Shown in pieces: positions 30,637 to 41,454 of a stretch of 64,000 nucleotides of DNA. The stretch is taken from assembly GCA_963841915.1 (NCBI GenBank), contig CAWJEN010000003.1, positions 32,001-96,000 on the forward strand. Reading direction: 5' to 3'. Both the position numbers and the translations under genes were made by a program. The stretch is from an uncultured Planctomycetota bacterium. Its GTDB lineage: Bacteria > Planctomycetota > Phycisphaerae > Tepidisphaerales > Tepidisphaeraceae. The notes below the pieces were generated by a model. That model was given only the letters and a program-made list of their open reading frames with translations, was not told the origin of the DNA and did no database searches. How positions within the stretch are numbered: the first letter of the stretch is position 1; each line of letters starts with the position of its first letter.

Positions 30637-31281
30637 TCAGGCAAGCGGCCGCATCAGGACGCTGCCGTACCGCTTGAGCCACCGCTCGTGGAGCTTGAAC
30701 GCTGAACACGCAGCGGCGACGCGCCGCCAGTACTCAGGCGAGTGATTCGGCACGTCAAGGTGGATCAACTCGTGAATCGCGAGATACTCCAGCACGGGCG
30801 GTGGGGCCATGATCAGCCGAAAGTTGAAGGACAACGTCCCGCGGGACGAGCAACTGCCCCAAAGCGTTCGCTGGTCTCGGATCGTCAGCCGAGTCGGCTG
30901 GTTCGTGACGAACTTGCGATTGCGTTCGACGGCAGCCGCAAGGTCGACCCTCGCCTCGCTGCGTAGCCACGGCTCGAGCGGGTCGGGCACGTCCTCCCGT
31001 CGCACAGCCTTGCCCCTCAGCAGGATCATGCCGTCCTGGAGTTCCAGCTCGTCAGCTGTTGCCCGCCGCTCATCCGCCGTTTGGTCTAGTCGCTTCAGCA
31101 GCCAAGCCGCATGCGCTTGCACCAGTCGTTGCACGTCTTGCTGCGTCGCTCGTCTGGGCGCAGTGACGCGTACGCCCGCTGGCGTGACCCGCAGGATAAG
31201 CCGCCTCGCCGACGGATGCCGATGCACGCGGTAGGTGATCGAGCGACCCCGAATCGTGATCTGGTGCGGCCGGTCGAGCAC
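30637..31281 (-). CDS. YgjP/DUF45 zinc metallopeptidase-like protein
   Basis: IRDQRTLWGSCS, YLAIHELIHL..NHS (HExxH). Confidence 0.9.
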   Translation of the reverse strand: MLDRPHQITIRGRSITYRVHRHPSARRLILRVTPAGVRVTAPRRATQQDVQRLVQAHAAWLLKRLDQTADERRATADELELQDGMILLRGKAVRREDVPDPLEPWLRSEARVDLAAAVERNRKFVTNQPTRLTIRDQRTLWGSCSSRGTLSFNFRLIMAPPPVLEYLAIHELIHLDVPNHSPEYWRRVAAACSAFKLHERWLKRYGSVLMRPLA

Positions 31282-31346
31282 TACGTAAACCTTATACTTT
31301 CCGAAATTGCTGACGCCGCATCGCGCCGGCTGTACGCTCGCGGCGA

Positions 31347-31739
31347 ATGAACCCCGCTTTCGTCGAACAGCTTTTCGTCTATGGCCTTCTGAGGCCGGAC
31401 GATGCGCCGGTGGCGATTCGACCCGCGATTGAAGACGCCGAAGATCTCGGCGAGGCCAGCATTCGTGGCAAGCTGTTCAACGTGCACAACAAATTTCCCG
31501 CCGCGGTCGAGGGTGACGGCGTCATCCATGGCCACCTCCTCCGTTGGACGAGCGTAGTTGATTGGCAGACGCTGGATCACTGGGAGGGCTGTGACCGTAA
31601 TCCGCCGCTGTACTACCGAACGGTCACACGTGTGACGCTGGCCCCTGGCCACCTGCTCGATGCCTGGGTTTACTGGTGGCAGGGATCGTCGGAGGGCCTG
31701 AAGCATCTGCCGACCGGCTACTGGAGTCAGACACCGTGA
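31347..31739 (+). CDS. Gamma-glutamylcyclotransferase family protein
   Basis: LFVYGLLR, LDHWEG, YYRT, AWVY. Confidence 0.85.
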   Translation: MNPAFVEQLFVYGLLRPDDAPVAIRPAIEDAEDLGEASIRGKLFNVHNKFPAAVEGDGVIHGHLLRWTSVVDWQTLDHWEGCDRNPPLYYRTVTRVTLAPGHLLDAWVYWWQGSSEGLKHLPTGYWSQTP

Positions 31740-32425
31740 GGCGGCCGATCATCGGCATCACCCTTGACCACGAGCGGTCACGCGAGCGTTACGAGCTGAG
31801 TTACGCCGTTGTCGACAGTGTCGTGCTCGCCGGTGGCGATCCAGTGTTGTTGCCATTCCACGACGAGGCGACGCTGCCGACCTTCATCGACGGGTTGCTA
31901 CTTTCAGGGGGAAATGATCCCGATCCGGCGGCCTGGGGCGAGCCGTGGCACCCGGCCTGCAATCCGGTCGATCCTCATCGAGAGCAACACGAACGACGGC
32001 TTGCCCTGGAGGCTCGACGGCGGGGTGTGCCGACGCTCGGCATCTGCTTCGGCATGCAGGTCATGAACCTGATCGCAGGCGGAACGCTCGCCCAGCACCT
32101 GCCCGATGTCACAGGACGCAACGACCACGCCCGCGGCGACCTCGGCTGGAGACGGCGGCACGACGTGGCGATTCGCCCAAACTCCGTGCTCGCCCGGGCG
32201 TGCGGTGTCGTCGGTCTGAGCGTCAACACGAGCCACCATCAGGCGGTCGCTCGCGTGGGGCCTGGACTCGACGCGTCTGCGATTGCCGGTGACGGCGTGG
32301 TGGAAGCGATCGAGGATCGGCGGCGACAATTCTGGCTCGGCGTGCAATGGCACCCTGAACGGCTAGCCGCCGAGGAGACGCGACACCTACGCATCTTCGA
32401 AGCGCTCGTGCGGGCGAGCGCTTAG
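31736..32425 (+). CDS. Gamma-glutamyl-gamma-aminobutyrate hydrolase family (peptidase C26, class I GATase)
   Basis: RPIIGIT, DGLLLSGG, LGICFGMQ, VNTSHHQAV, GVQWHPE; GTGA overlap with the upstream gene. Confidence 0.9.
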   Translation: MRRPIIGITLDHERSRERYELSYAVVDSVVLAGGDPVLLPFHDEATLPTFIDGLLLSGGNDPDPAAWGEPWHPACNPVDPHREQHERRLALEARRRGVPTLGICFGMQVMNLIAGGTLAQHLPDVTGRNDHARGDLGWRRRHDVAIRPNSVLARACGVVGLSVNTSHHQAVARVGPGLDASAIAGDGVVEAIEDRRRQFWLGVQWHPERLAAEETRHLRIFEALVRASA

Positions 32426-32426
32426 G

Positions 32427-32918
32427 TCACGCCACCCGCATCGGGAGATCGTGCGGGCGGACCAGGTCGCACAGCGAGTCGGACCAGTCGACGCCCGCAT
32501 CGCAGCCGACGATAAAGCGATCGTCCTGCGCCCGGTGCCAGCGGACGGTGCAAAGCAGCTCGATTGACCGCCTGCCAGTTGGCGGGTGAATGACGACGTG
32601 AACCTGCTCGCCAGCTTGAAGTCGTTCTGGCAACTCGAACGACAAGCCGTCAGCCGAGACGTCGCGAACGCGTGCATTGAGAGCTAGCCCGAGCCGGCCA
32701 GCACCAATGACGCGAACATCAGCCTCGATGCCGCCGATGCATTGACGACGCCGGTCGCGACGATCGATCGCGAGGGGGTCCGGTGTAGCGGCGGCGACAA
32801 TCTGCTGCGGCGTGACCTCAAGCCAAGCTTGCAAGTCGCGGACTTGACGCGGCTTGAGGCGAAGCGCCGGCTCGTGCCGGCGTCGTGTCAGGCCGTGAAA
32901 ATCGGGAAGTAGTCGCAC
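32427..32918 (-). CDS. PilZ-domain protein
   Basis: DRRDRRR (RxxxR) and DVSADG (D/NxSxxG) motifs. Confidence 0.78.
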   Translation of the reverse strand: MRLLPDFHGLTRRRHEPALRLKPRQVRDLQAWLEVTPQQIVAAATPDPLAIDRRDRRRQCIGGIEADVRVIGAGRLGLALNARVRDVSADGLSFELPERLQAGEQVHVVIHPPTGRRSIELLCTVRWHRAQDDRFIVGCDAGVDWSDSLCDLVRPHDLPMRVA

Positions 32919-32993
32919 CGCGTGAGCCTCACGCCGTGCATCGACTGTCTGGGATCAACATCTACGCGGGCAGTGTGTTGTCGGACCCGGCAA

Positions 32994-33947
32994 CTATTCC
33001 TTGCCCATGAGCGGCTCGCCGAGGTTCATCAGCGGCAGCGGCATCGGGCTGTCGCTGTTCATGAAGTACAATTTGGCGGCGACGTCCTTGCTCATGGCTT
33101 GAAGTGCCTTGAGTGCCTCGAGCTGGATGTACGCCGGATTTTGTGCGATGGCCTCGTTGATCGCGTTGATCTCGTACGCCTGGGCGTCTGCAAGGATCTT
33201 CTTCATCTCGGCCGTCTGCTCGGCCGCCTCACGTTCGGCCTTGGCAATCTCTACGCCACGCTGTGCCTCTACCTTGGCCTGCTCGAGCTCTGCCTTAGTC
33301 TGCTCAATCTTTTGCTCCGCCTGCTTCTTCTTCTCGACGTTCTCCAGAATACTCGGCGGTAGGGTGAAATCTCGCAGAAGGACGGCGTTGACGATGACGC
33401 CCTTTGGCTCCATGTACTCATTGAGCTTCGCGTAGAGCTCGTCCTGCAAACGAGCCTGCGTCGTCTCGTTGAAGAAGTCCTCGGCATTGACGACGCTTTT
33501 GCCCTGCTCCCGCATGAGACTGCGGAGCTTCGGGACGAGCAGCACTTCTTCGACCTTGTCGAACTCGCCGGTCTCGCTGAGAATCCGTGATGCCTCGCTG
33601 CCGTCGATCCGCCACTGCACGCTGACGTCGATGCGTGTCGTGAGCTGGTCCTGGCTCGGCACGCCGACCTTTTCCTCGTAGTGCGTCTGTTCGCGGGTGT
33701 CGTACTCGGTCCACCTGTAGAGCGGATTGACCGGGAATTGCAGGCCGGGCGAGTATTCGACCGACTGCGGCTTGCCGAAGAGCGTTGCGACGCCGACGTA
33801 GCCGGCGGGAATGCTCTTGAAGAAGAAACTCACAGCGACTAGAAGGCCGATCAGCAGTACGACCACTGCGACGGCTGCCTTGCCCTTGCCGGTGAGTTGA
33901 CCGCTGTTCGAGATGAAGCCGCCGTTGCCGTAGTTGGTTTGGGTCAC
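32994..33947 (-). CDS. SPFH/prohibitin (band 7) family protein
   Basis: TM helix, IPAGYVGV..LFG, VLLRDFTLP, coiled coil. Confidence 0.9.
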   Translation of the reverse strand: MTQTNYGNGGFISNSGQLTGKGKAAVAVVVLLIGLLVAVSFFFKSIPAGYVGVATLFGKPQSVEYSPGLQFPVNPLYRWTEYDTREQTHYEEKVGVPSQDQLTTRIDVSVQWRIDGSEASRILSETGEFDKVEEVLLVPKLRSLMREQGKSVVNAEDFFNETTQARLQDELYAKLNEYMEPKGVIVNAVLLRDFTLPPSILENVEKKKQAEQKIEQTKAELEQAKVEAQRGVEIAKAEREAAEQTAEMKKILADAQAYEINAINEAIAQNPAYIQLEALKALQAMSKDVAAKLYFMNSDSPMPLPLMNLGEPLMGKE

Positions 33948-33983
33948 AACCCATCGTACGCGCGAGCCGCCCGGTTGTTGCCG

Positions 33984-36900
33984 CTACTGGTTCGTATCCA
34001 GACGCCCAAGCAGGTCATCGACCGCCGCCTGCAGCTGCTCGTCCTCACCGGCGGCCTCGGCCTCGGGGGTCTGCGGCACGAGCAAGTCCGGGATCGCACC
34101 GTTGTTCTCCATGTCCGTGCCGTCGGGCAGGAACCACCCGCGGAAGGGCAGGCGGACGCGGGTGCCGTCGACCAGCGTGAATGAGCCGGTGCTGATGACA
34201 CCGCCGGCCGTCTGTTCACCGACGAGCGTGCCACGACCGAGCGTCTTGAAGGCGTGGCTGACGATCTCGGCGTTGCTGAAGCTCTTTTCGTTGCAGAGCA
34301 TGTTGGTCGGCAGGTCGTACCGCTGGATGAACAGCCGGTCCTGCGGATAGCCGCCACGGATCGGGCCATCGCGGTCGGCCTCGGTCGAATCTTTCAGACC
34401 ACGCGGAATGGTGTAGGCATGCTTGGGGTACATCAGGCTGGCGAGCAGGCGGTCTGTGGTCCAGCCACCGCCGTTGTTGCGAACGTCAACGATGAGCCCG
34501 TCTTTGCCCTCAGCGGCGGCGTAGAGGTCGCGCTCGAAGACGTCGAGGCTCTCCTGATTCATCCCACGGATGTGGATGTAGCCGAGGCGTCCGTTCGAAA
34601 GCTCTTCGACCTTGGCAGCGTTGCCGAGCCGCCAGGCGTCGTACGTTTGGGCGGTGATGGCTCCGAAATCGACGGGCGTGATGAGCAGGTCGACGTTGCC
34701 ACCGTTGCGGGTGACGGTGATGATCGTCTCTCTGCCAATGCGGTCACTGAGCTGTGCCTCCATCGGCTGATCGAGCTTCACCGGCTGCAGGTCGATCGCG
34801 GTGATGACATCGCCCACTTCGAGCGCCATTGGACCGACACCGGCCGGGCCAGTTTGCAGGACGTCGACGACTTCGAAGCCGTCGCCGTCAACTTCGGTGC
34901 GTACGCCGAGCCTGCCGAAACGGCGCTGTATCGGATTGCTGACCGCTGGCGTGGAGACGACCAAGGTGAGAGGCGTTGAGTTCACCGAGCAGCTTGCCCC
35001 CGACGTGCTCAAACTCGTCACCCGTGCGGGCCAAGCGTGCGAGCTGCGCGTAGTCATCGACCAGCGTTGGCCAGTCGAGACCTTTCATGGTCGGGTGATA
35101 GAACATCGCGCCGAGCGTCGTGGCGAGCTCGCGGAACTTCTGTTCCTGCTCGTCGGCGACGTCGATGCGAAGGGTGTCGCTCGCCGGCCAGGTTTCACGC
35201 CCACCCCCGGCGGCGGTCATCGTGGCCGCCCGGCCGTCGGTGAGCATGGCGACGGTTGAGCCGCCCGTGGTCGTATTGAGCAAGCGACCGGCTGCACCGA
35301 TTTCGCTGGCCGAGCCGTCCCACGGCTTCCGCATGAGGTTGCTGCCACTCTGGTAAAGAACCGCCGACGCGTCGGGAAGCATGAGCAAATTCGTCTCGCT
35401 ACCCGGCTCGCGACTCAGGCGACGAAGACGCAGATAGGCCGTGTCCAAAGCAAGCTCGTCGAGCGACGTCATCGCCGCCCGGTCGCTGAGTTCCTGCCAA
35501 GCAGCCATGGCCGCCTCGCGAACTTCTGCCAAGCCTTCTTGAAGTGCTTCGGAATCGAACTTCTCGGCCGGCTCTGCGACTTCGTCGTCCACCAGCGGCG
35601 AGACCGTGCCTCGACGCGTCGCAAAACCGGGCACCGCGATCGGCTTCATTGCCTTTGTCGCGTCGGCCAGTTCCTTGTAGTACGCGGCCATCTCGGCCGG
35701 TGGCAGCGCCTCAGTCTCCTCGTCGAGGTACACCTGCCAGACGTCGTACTCCTCGTCGACCCGCTCACTTGTGAACGTCAGCACGCGGCCGTCGCTGGAA
35801 AGGCTCGGGTTGTAGTCGTTGTCAGGGTGTCGCGTGAGGTTGATCGCCTCTCCCGTTCCGTCCGCCGCCTTGATCCACAGGTCTGCGTTGAAGTCAGCGT
35901 CCTCGACGTTGAACAACAGGTGCCGCCCGTCCGGCGACCACAAGTACGACAAGCCGCTGTCCCAGCCGTTGAAGACGATCGTCTCGTCGCCTGTGACAAG
36001 GTCAAGCACGACAAGGTCGCCCACGTTCTTGTGCAGCGCCAGCCGCCGACCCTCGGGCGAAGGGACCGGGTCGCTGTAGCTGTCGACGCCTTGCGTCACT
36101 GCCTCAACGTGGAACGCCAGCGCGTCGGCCCACTTGTCGGGAGCGGGTGCGTAACGCTCCTGCATCGCCGGCCGCGTCGTCGCATCCTTCACGCTCTTCT
36201 GAACGTCGCTTCGCGAAAGCGCGACCGTCGCCGCGTGCACCTGTGACCGACCCGATTCTTCGCCAACAAAGTAGAGCGTCCCGCCGTCCGGACTCCAGGC
36301 AACGTCGCTGTGGCGTGCAGGAGGCGTCGTAACGGCACGGGCGGCTGCGTCATCTTCCGTACCGCGGACGTAGACCTGTCCATATGCCACAATCGCAATG
36401 GCTTTGCCATCTGGTGAGACAGCAGCATCGGTCGCGCGGCTGGTGGTCAGTGACGACCTTCTCTGCCAGCGCGTCCTGCGTCGCGCGAATTTCAACTTCT
36501 CGTGGCTCGCCACCTTCGACGTCGAGGACGTACAGCTTGTCCCAGCGGGCAAAGACGATGGTCCTGCCGTCGGGCGTGACGTCGTAATCTTCTACGTCAC
36601 GGCCGGAGAAGTCGGTCAGCGGCGTGACGTTGCCGCCATCAATATTGGCGACGTAGAGGTTGACCGTCGCGTTCTCGCGGTCGCTCGTGAAGACGAAGCG
36701 ATCACTGCCGAGCCACTGTGGGCGGGCGTCGTTGCCGCGACGGTCGGTTAGCTGCGTGAAGGCCCCGCCGTCCCACATCCAAATGTCGCGCGTGTCAGGC
36801 CCACGTTCTCCGCGACGTTGAAGGTCGGCGTTGCCACGAACGAACAGGAAACGCGCGCCTCCAATCTCTTTGACCGGGCTTCTGCCGAAAGCGTCGTGCA

Positions 36901-37351
36901 GGCGTTCATGCACGCCGCCTGCCGCGTCGACGCTGTACGGCCGCGGGTTCCGGTAGACGTCGGGCTCGTGATAGCCGGTGAAGTAGAGCTTGCCGTCGTC
37001 TCCGAAATCGGTGAGCAGGGCGGCCCGGTCGACGACGAGCGCTTCAACCACATTTGAGCCGTCTGCGTCCATCGTGAACAAGCCGCTCGGGCCGTAGCGG
37101 TCGCTGGTGAAGGCGATCCGGCTGCCGTCGGGGCTGAACTGCGGCAAACGGTCTTCGCCCGGGTGGGCCGTGAGTCGTCTGGCCTCGCCACCGTCGGCAG
37201 GCACCTGCCACAAGTCGCCAGCCCAGCCGAAGACGATGGTCTCGCCGTCGGGGCTGATCGCCGGGAATCTTGGCAGTGGCACGTTTCCTTGGCCACGCGA
37301 CAGCGGCGTCAGGAGCAGGACAAAGAGCACGATCCAGCGACTCGGCGACAT
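33984..37351 (-). CDS. Tricorn-like S41 peptidase (TolB/PD40 propellers, PDZ, S41); frameshifts near 36440 and 34965
   Basis: Three overlapping ORFs; PAISPDG/FSPDG repeats, LGELNASH, GYIHIRGM, DVRNNGGG, SFSNAEI, GEQTAGGVI, ENNGAIPD. Confidence 0.9.
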
Positions 37352-37377
37352 CGCTTTGAGCCTATGGCCTTGGATCC

Positions 37378-37791
37378 TTAGAAGAACTCGCCGCCGATCT
37401 CGTACAGGCCGTTGATTTGCTTGCAAGACGCGATTCGCAACCGCGTGCTAAGCCGTTGCAGTCCGTGACTCACGACCAGCCAATGACAGGCACCGACGGT
37501 AAATCTCTTAGCAGAGTTGAATCCAACGCCTTCGAGCGACAAGTCGCGGATCATGATGGCGTGGCCACTCGTTTGGCTTCGGCCCGACGCGCTGCTGATC
37601 CAGCCTTCAAGGTCGCTCTGCTCGGACCGGTCGCTGCGACGCCGTTCCGCACTGGCGAGGCGAAGACGCACTTCCTGTTCGACAGGGCAAGTCTGATCGG
37701 ACCGTTCAAGCTTCCGCGCAGCCGAGCCATCGAAGGCTTCGGGCGGTAGGGAGGCGTAAGCAGTCGAGTCGGCAGGCATTACCTGTCGCAT
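37378..37791 (-). CDS. PilZ-domain protein
   Basis: ERRRSDR and DLSLEG motifs, terminal IGGEFF. Confidence 0.75.
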   Translation of the reverse strand: MRQVMPADSTAYASLPPEAFDGSAARKLERSDQTCPVEQEVRLRLASAERRRSDRSEQSDLEGWISSASGRSQTSGHAIMIRDLSLEGVGFNSAKRFTVGACHWLVVSHGLQRLSTRLRIASCKQINGLYEIGGEFF

Positions 37792-37921
37792 CGGCGGGCG
37801 GTCCAAGCAACTTGTGCCGAGCTGTCGCTTGTTTGTGGCCGGGACGCAGGTTCGATAACTTGTGTGACCGTGCCCAAGGTGTAAGCCAGGAGACGGGCAG
37901 CAACCGATCCAACCTTTGCCG

Positions 37922-39874
37922 ATGACGCCGACCAAGTACAACGCCGCCAAGCTCTCGACCTCCGCCGCCCTGAGTGAGCGGCTCGAGCCGCGCCGTCTGC
38001 TGACGGCAACGTTTGATGATGCCACAGGGGTGCTGACGATCCTGAGCGGAGACGAAGACGCCATCATCCGGTTCGAAGACGTGACGGCGAACGAGCCGGA
38101 CGCCGAGTCGATGTTTCGAGTCATCCAGGCCGCCGGTCGATCGACCGTTCCGAGCGATCCGTCGGATGACGCGGCAGTTTTGGCCTACCTGGACGCCGCC
38201 GGCAGCACCGAAGTGTTCGGCCCCTACAACGCCAGCGACATCTTTCGCGTCGACATTGGCACAGGTACGGGCGACGATCTGATCATCGTCGGCAACCGGG
38301 CTCGCGTGAACGTCAGCGTCTTCGGCAACACCGGCAACGACACCATCTCAGGCGGACGCGGCAGCGACACCCTCTTCGGGAACGACGGCGACGACTATCT
38401 TTATGGTTCGTCGAGCGACGACCTGCTCACCGGCGGTGACGGAGACGACATCCTGCTCGGCGGTGACGGTGACTACGACTTCGTCGACTATGGAGATCTC
38501 AATGGCTCGGCCGGCGTCAGCGTCAGCCTCGACAATGTTGCCAATGACGGCGAAGGCGGTGACAACGTCGGCATCGACGTCGAGGCTGTCAGCGGTACGG
38601 CCGGTGCCGACACCTTCGACGCCTCCGTCCGCCCCAATGTTCTGGTCGACCGCACGAGCGGCTTCGTCCGCGCCTTGCCGCCGGTCTCGTTTTACGGGGC
38701 AGACGGCGCTGATATTTTGATCGGCACAGACCTGGATCAGGTGTCACTCGACAACGAAGCGGCCGTGCTGGGTGTTGTCGCGCCGACCTTTGACGGCCGG
38801 GCCGACACGCTAAATGGCGGTTTGGGTGCCGACCTGCTGACGGGGCTGGCAGGTCGCGACATCATCATTGATGCCAACGGCGACAGCGACACCGTCGACG
38901 GCGGACGCGGCGGAGCGATTTTCGTCGGTGATAACAGTGACACTTCAACGTCAGCAACCAGGCTAACGCCCGCAGAAGAGCGTCCCGGCACCGCCTTGAC
39001 CAGCGGTGGTGGCATCACCTTCGACGATGACGGCGTTATCACCATCGATGGCTCTGATGGCGACGACACGGTGCTGGTCCAGATCGGTCGGCGCGACGAA
39101 GGGCCGCAGAATCTGCGGTTCGATTTCGTCCGTATCAGCTCGGCCCTCGACGGCGGGTCGCCCGTCATTCGTGAGTTCGGCATCACCGACCTCAGCGACG
39201 ACGACGTGGAGCGGGACACGCCGGCACCGACAGCCGTCGTCTTCAACGGCAACGACGGAGATGATGTCGCTTACATTGCTTCGCCCAGTGGGGAGCAGAT
39301 CGGTGACGGCGTCGCCAACCTGTTCGCACGACTGCTTGGCGGTGAGGGCGACGACCTGCTCATCGGTGGTGACGCGGCTGACTTCATCGACGGTGGGACG
39401 GGCAACAACATCCTGCTCGGCTTCGACGGCAACGACACCCTGCTCGCCGGCTTCGGACGCGACGACTTCTCCGGTGGTCAGGGCCAGGACCGCGTCGACT
39501 ACAGCATCCGCTCGCCGGTCGAGCCGCTTCGTGTCGGACTCGGCTCGCTCTTCGACGACGGCTTCGTCGGCGAGAACGATAACGTTCGCGGCGATGTTGA
39601 AGAGCTACTGGGCGGTGACGGCAACGACGAGCTGTCGACCACTGCAAACACCGCTGTTCGCTTCTTCGGGCAAGGCGGCAATGACACGCTGCTCGGCTCC
39701 AACGCGGGTGACTTCCTGGCCGGTGGCGGCGGTAGTGACACGCTAGCCGGTGGCAACGGAGCCGACTTCTTTGCCGCACTGGACGGAAACGTCGACCAGA
39801 TCTTCGGCGGGAACGGTAACGACGACGGGGACTTCGACTCGAACGACATCGTCGACCTCGGCGTCGACGGCTAA
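37922..39874 (+). CDS. RTX-type calcium-binding repeat protein with N-terminal LEPR-XLL motif
   Basis: ERLEPRRLL; many GGxGxDxL nonapeptides. Confidence 0.9.
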   Translation: MTPTKYNAAKLSTSAALSERLEPRRLLTATFDDATGVLTILSGDEDAIIRFEDVTANEPDAESMFRVIQAAGRSTVPSDPSDDAAVLAYLDAAGSTEVFGPYNASDIFRVDIGTGTGDDLIIVGNRARVNVSVFGNTGNDTISGGRGSDTLFGNDGDDYLYGSSSDDLLTGGDGDDILLGGDGDYDFVDYGDLNGSAGVSVSLDNVANDGEGGDNVGIDVEAVSGTAGADTFDASVRPNVLVDRTSGFVRALPPVSFYGADGADILIGTDLDQVSLDNEAAVLGVVAPTFDGRADTLNGGLGADLLTGLAGRDIIIDANGDSDTVDGGRGGAIFVGDNSDTSTSATRLTPAEERPGTALTSGGGITFDDDGVITIDGSDGDDTVLVQIGRRDEGPQNLRFDFVRISSALDGGSPVIREFGITDLSDDDVERDTPAPTAVVFNGNDGDDVAYIASPSGEQIGDGVANLFARLLGGEGDDLLIGGDAADFIDGGTGNNILLGFDGNDTLLAGFGRDDFSGGQGQDRVDYSIRSPVEPLRVGLGSLFDDGFVGENDNVRGDVEELLGGDGNDELSTTANTAVRFFGQGGNDTLLGSNAGDFLAGGGGSDTLAGGNGADFFAALDGNVDQIFGGNGNDDGDFDSNDIVDLGVDG

Positions 39875-39892
39875 GCCGCTACGGTGCCGGTG

Positions 39893-40654
39893 ATGCCGTC
39901 CGACTATCGCGAAATCTCAGAGTTTTACGACCAGGAGTACCCGGAGCTCGACCTGCTCGGGCCTGACGTGGCGTGCTTTCTGCAACACGTCGACGGACCA
40001 CGCGTCGTCGAGATCGGCTGCGGGACCGGCCGGGCCAGCCGAGCTATTGCAGCGGCGGGGCGAGAGGTTGTCGGCTTCGACATCGATCAGGCAATGCTCG
40101 ACATCGCCCACCAGCACGGCGGCGACGTGAGCTACGTCACGGCGGATGCAACGGATGACGGCTGGCATGAGGCCACCGGCGGCGACTTCGACGCAGCCTG
40201 CTGTTTCTTCAACACGTTCCTTGCCCTCGTCGATCCCGCCGGACAAGAGGCTTGCCTGCGTGGTGCTCATGCCGCTCTGAGGCCGGGAGGCAGACTTTGG
40301 CTCGACATCTTCCACCCCAACCTCGAGCTCATTCTCGCCACCGTCGGCGGAGAGGATGAGCTCGAGCCTGACCTGTTCTACCTGCCGGATGGCCGCACGG
40401 TGCTACGGACGACGTCGATCTATGCCGACATCACGCAACAGGTACAACACGTCACATTTCACTACAGCTGGTACGTTAATGAGCAGCGGGTCGAGCGGAG
40501 TCGCAGCTTCGACATGACCTGGATCATGCCTCGCGAACTGGAGCGACTCTTGCGAATCTGCGGCTTCGAGCTCGTCGAATCGTGGGGCGACTACGACGGC
40601 AACGAGATTGATGACGACAGCGAAAGGCAGATCGTTCTAGCCGTCCGCGTCTGA
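39893..40654 (+). CDS. Class I SAM-dependent methyltransferase
   Basis: VVEIGCGTGR, VVGFDID, LRPGGRLWLD. Confidence 0.9.
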   Translation: MPSDYREISEFYDQEYPELDLLGPDVACFLQHVDGPRVVEIGCGTGRASRAIAAAGREVVGFDIDQAMLDIAHQHGGDVSYVTADATDDGWHEATGGDFDAACCFFNTFLALVDPAGQEACLRGAHAALRPGGRLWLDIFHPNLELILATVGGEDELEPDLFYLPDGRTVLRTTSIYADITQQVQHVTFHYSWYVNEQRVERSRSFDMTWIMPRELERLLRICGFELVESWGDYDGNEIDDDSERQIVLAVRV

Positions 40655-40657
40655 CCG

Positions 40658-41416
40658 TCATTCTGCCGCGCGGGTGGTGACGAGCTGGTCTGTGGCCTGC
40701 ACCTCTACCCGGCGATTTGCTCTGCGATCTGCGGCGTCGTAGGCGCGGCGACGCACTGGCTCGTATCGGCCACAGGCCTGGACACGAAGGATTTCAGGGT
40801 CAACTCCGTGCCCGATGAGGGCTTCGACGACGCGGCTGGCCCGGTCGAGCGAGAGCTCCATCTCGAGCTGCCTGGCCTGAGGGCTGCTCGGGTCGAGATC
40901 GGTCGGTAGATCGTCCGGTGCCGTGTGCCCTTTGACGAGCACGATATTACGAAATCCCCTGATTTTCGACGCGATCTGCCGGAGGGCGACCTCGTCGCTG
41001 GGCAACAGGTCGACTGTGCCTGCGTCAAATAGCACGCGTCCGCCGATACCCGCTTGGTCACCGTCACGAATTTTAGTTACTTCGCTGTCAGTGCCTTCGG
41101 CCCCTTTGGCAGCCGTCTCGGCGTGGCCAGTGCCACCGGTGCCAGTCCGCTTCATTTGCTCGAGCAGCTTGTACAGCTCTTCAATGCGAACTTGACGATC
41201 CTGCACGTCTTCGGGTGAGGCACCGAAGGCGATCTGGATGTCACGCGTGGTCTCCTCTGACCGGATCTCCTCCTGTGTTGCCTCCATCGGCGTGTCGGTG
41301 ACGTCGGGCTTGAGCACCCAGAGGATCACGAACAGGCCCATCATGCACATCAGCAGGTCGGCCAGGGTGAAGATCCATTCGGGACACTCTTCACAGATTT
41401 CTTCTGGGTCACACAT
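40658..41416 (-). CDS. motB: MotB-family stator protein
   Basis: PEWIFTLADLL (conserved Asp) TM; KGHT, LSLDRA, NRRVEV. Confidence 0.85.
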   Translation of the reverse strand: MCDPEEICEECPEWIFTLADLLMCMMGLFVILWVLKPDVTDTPMEATQEEIRSEETTRDIQIAFGASPEDVQDRQVRIEELYKLLEQMKRTGTGGTGHAETAAKGAEGTDSEVTKIRDGDQAGIGGRVLFDAGTVDLLPSDEVALRQIASKIRGFRNIVLVKGHTAPDDLPTDLDPSSPQARQLEMELSLDRASRVVEALIGHGVDPEILRVQACGRYEPVRRRAYDAADRRANRRVEVQATDQLVTTRAAE

Positions 41417-41454
41417 GAAAGCTCGGGTGAGGCGTGGGCGGGAAGCGAATCAGG

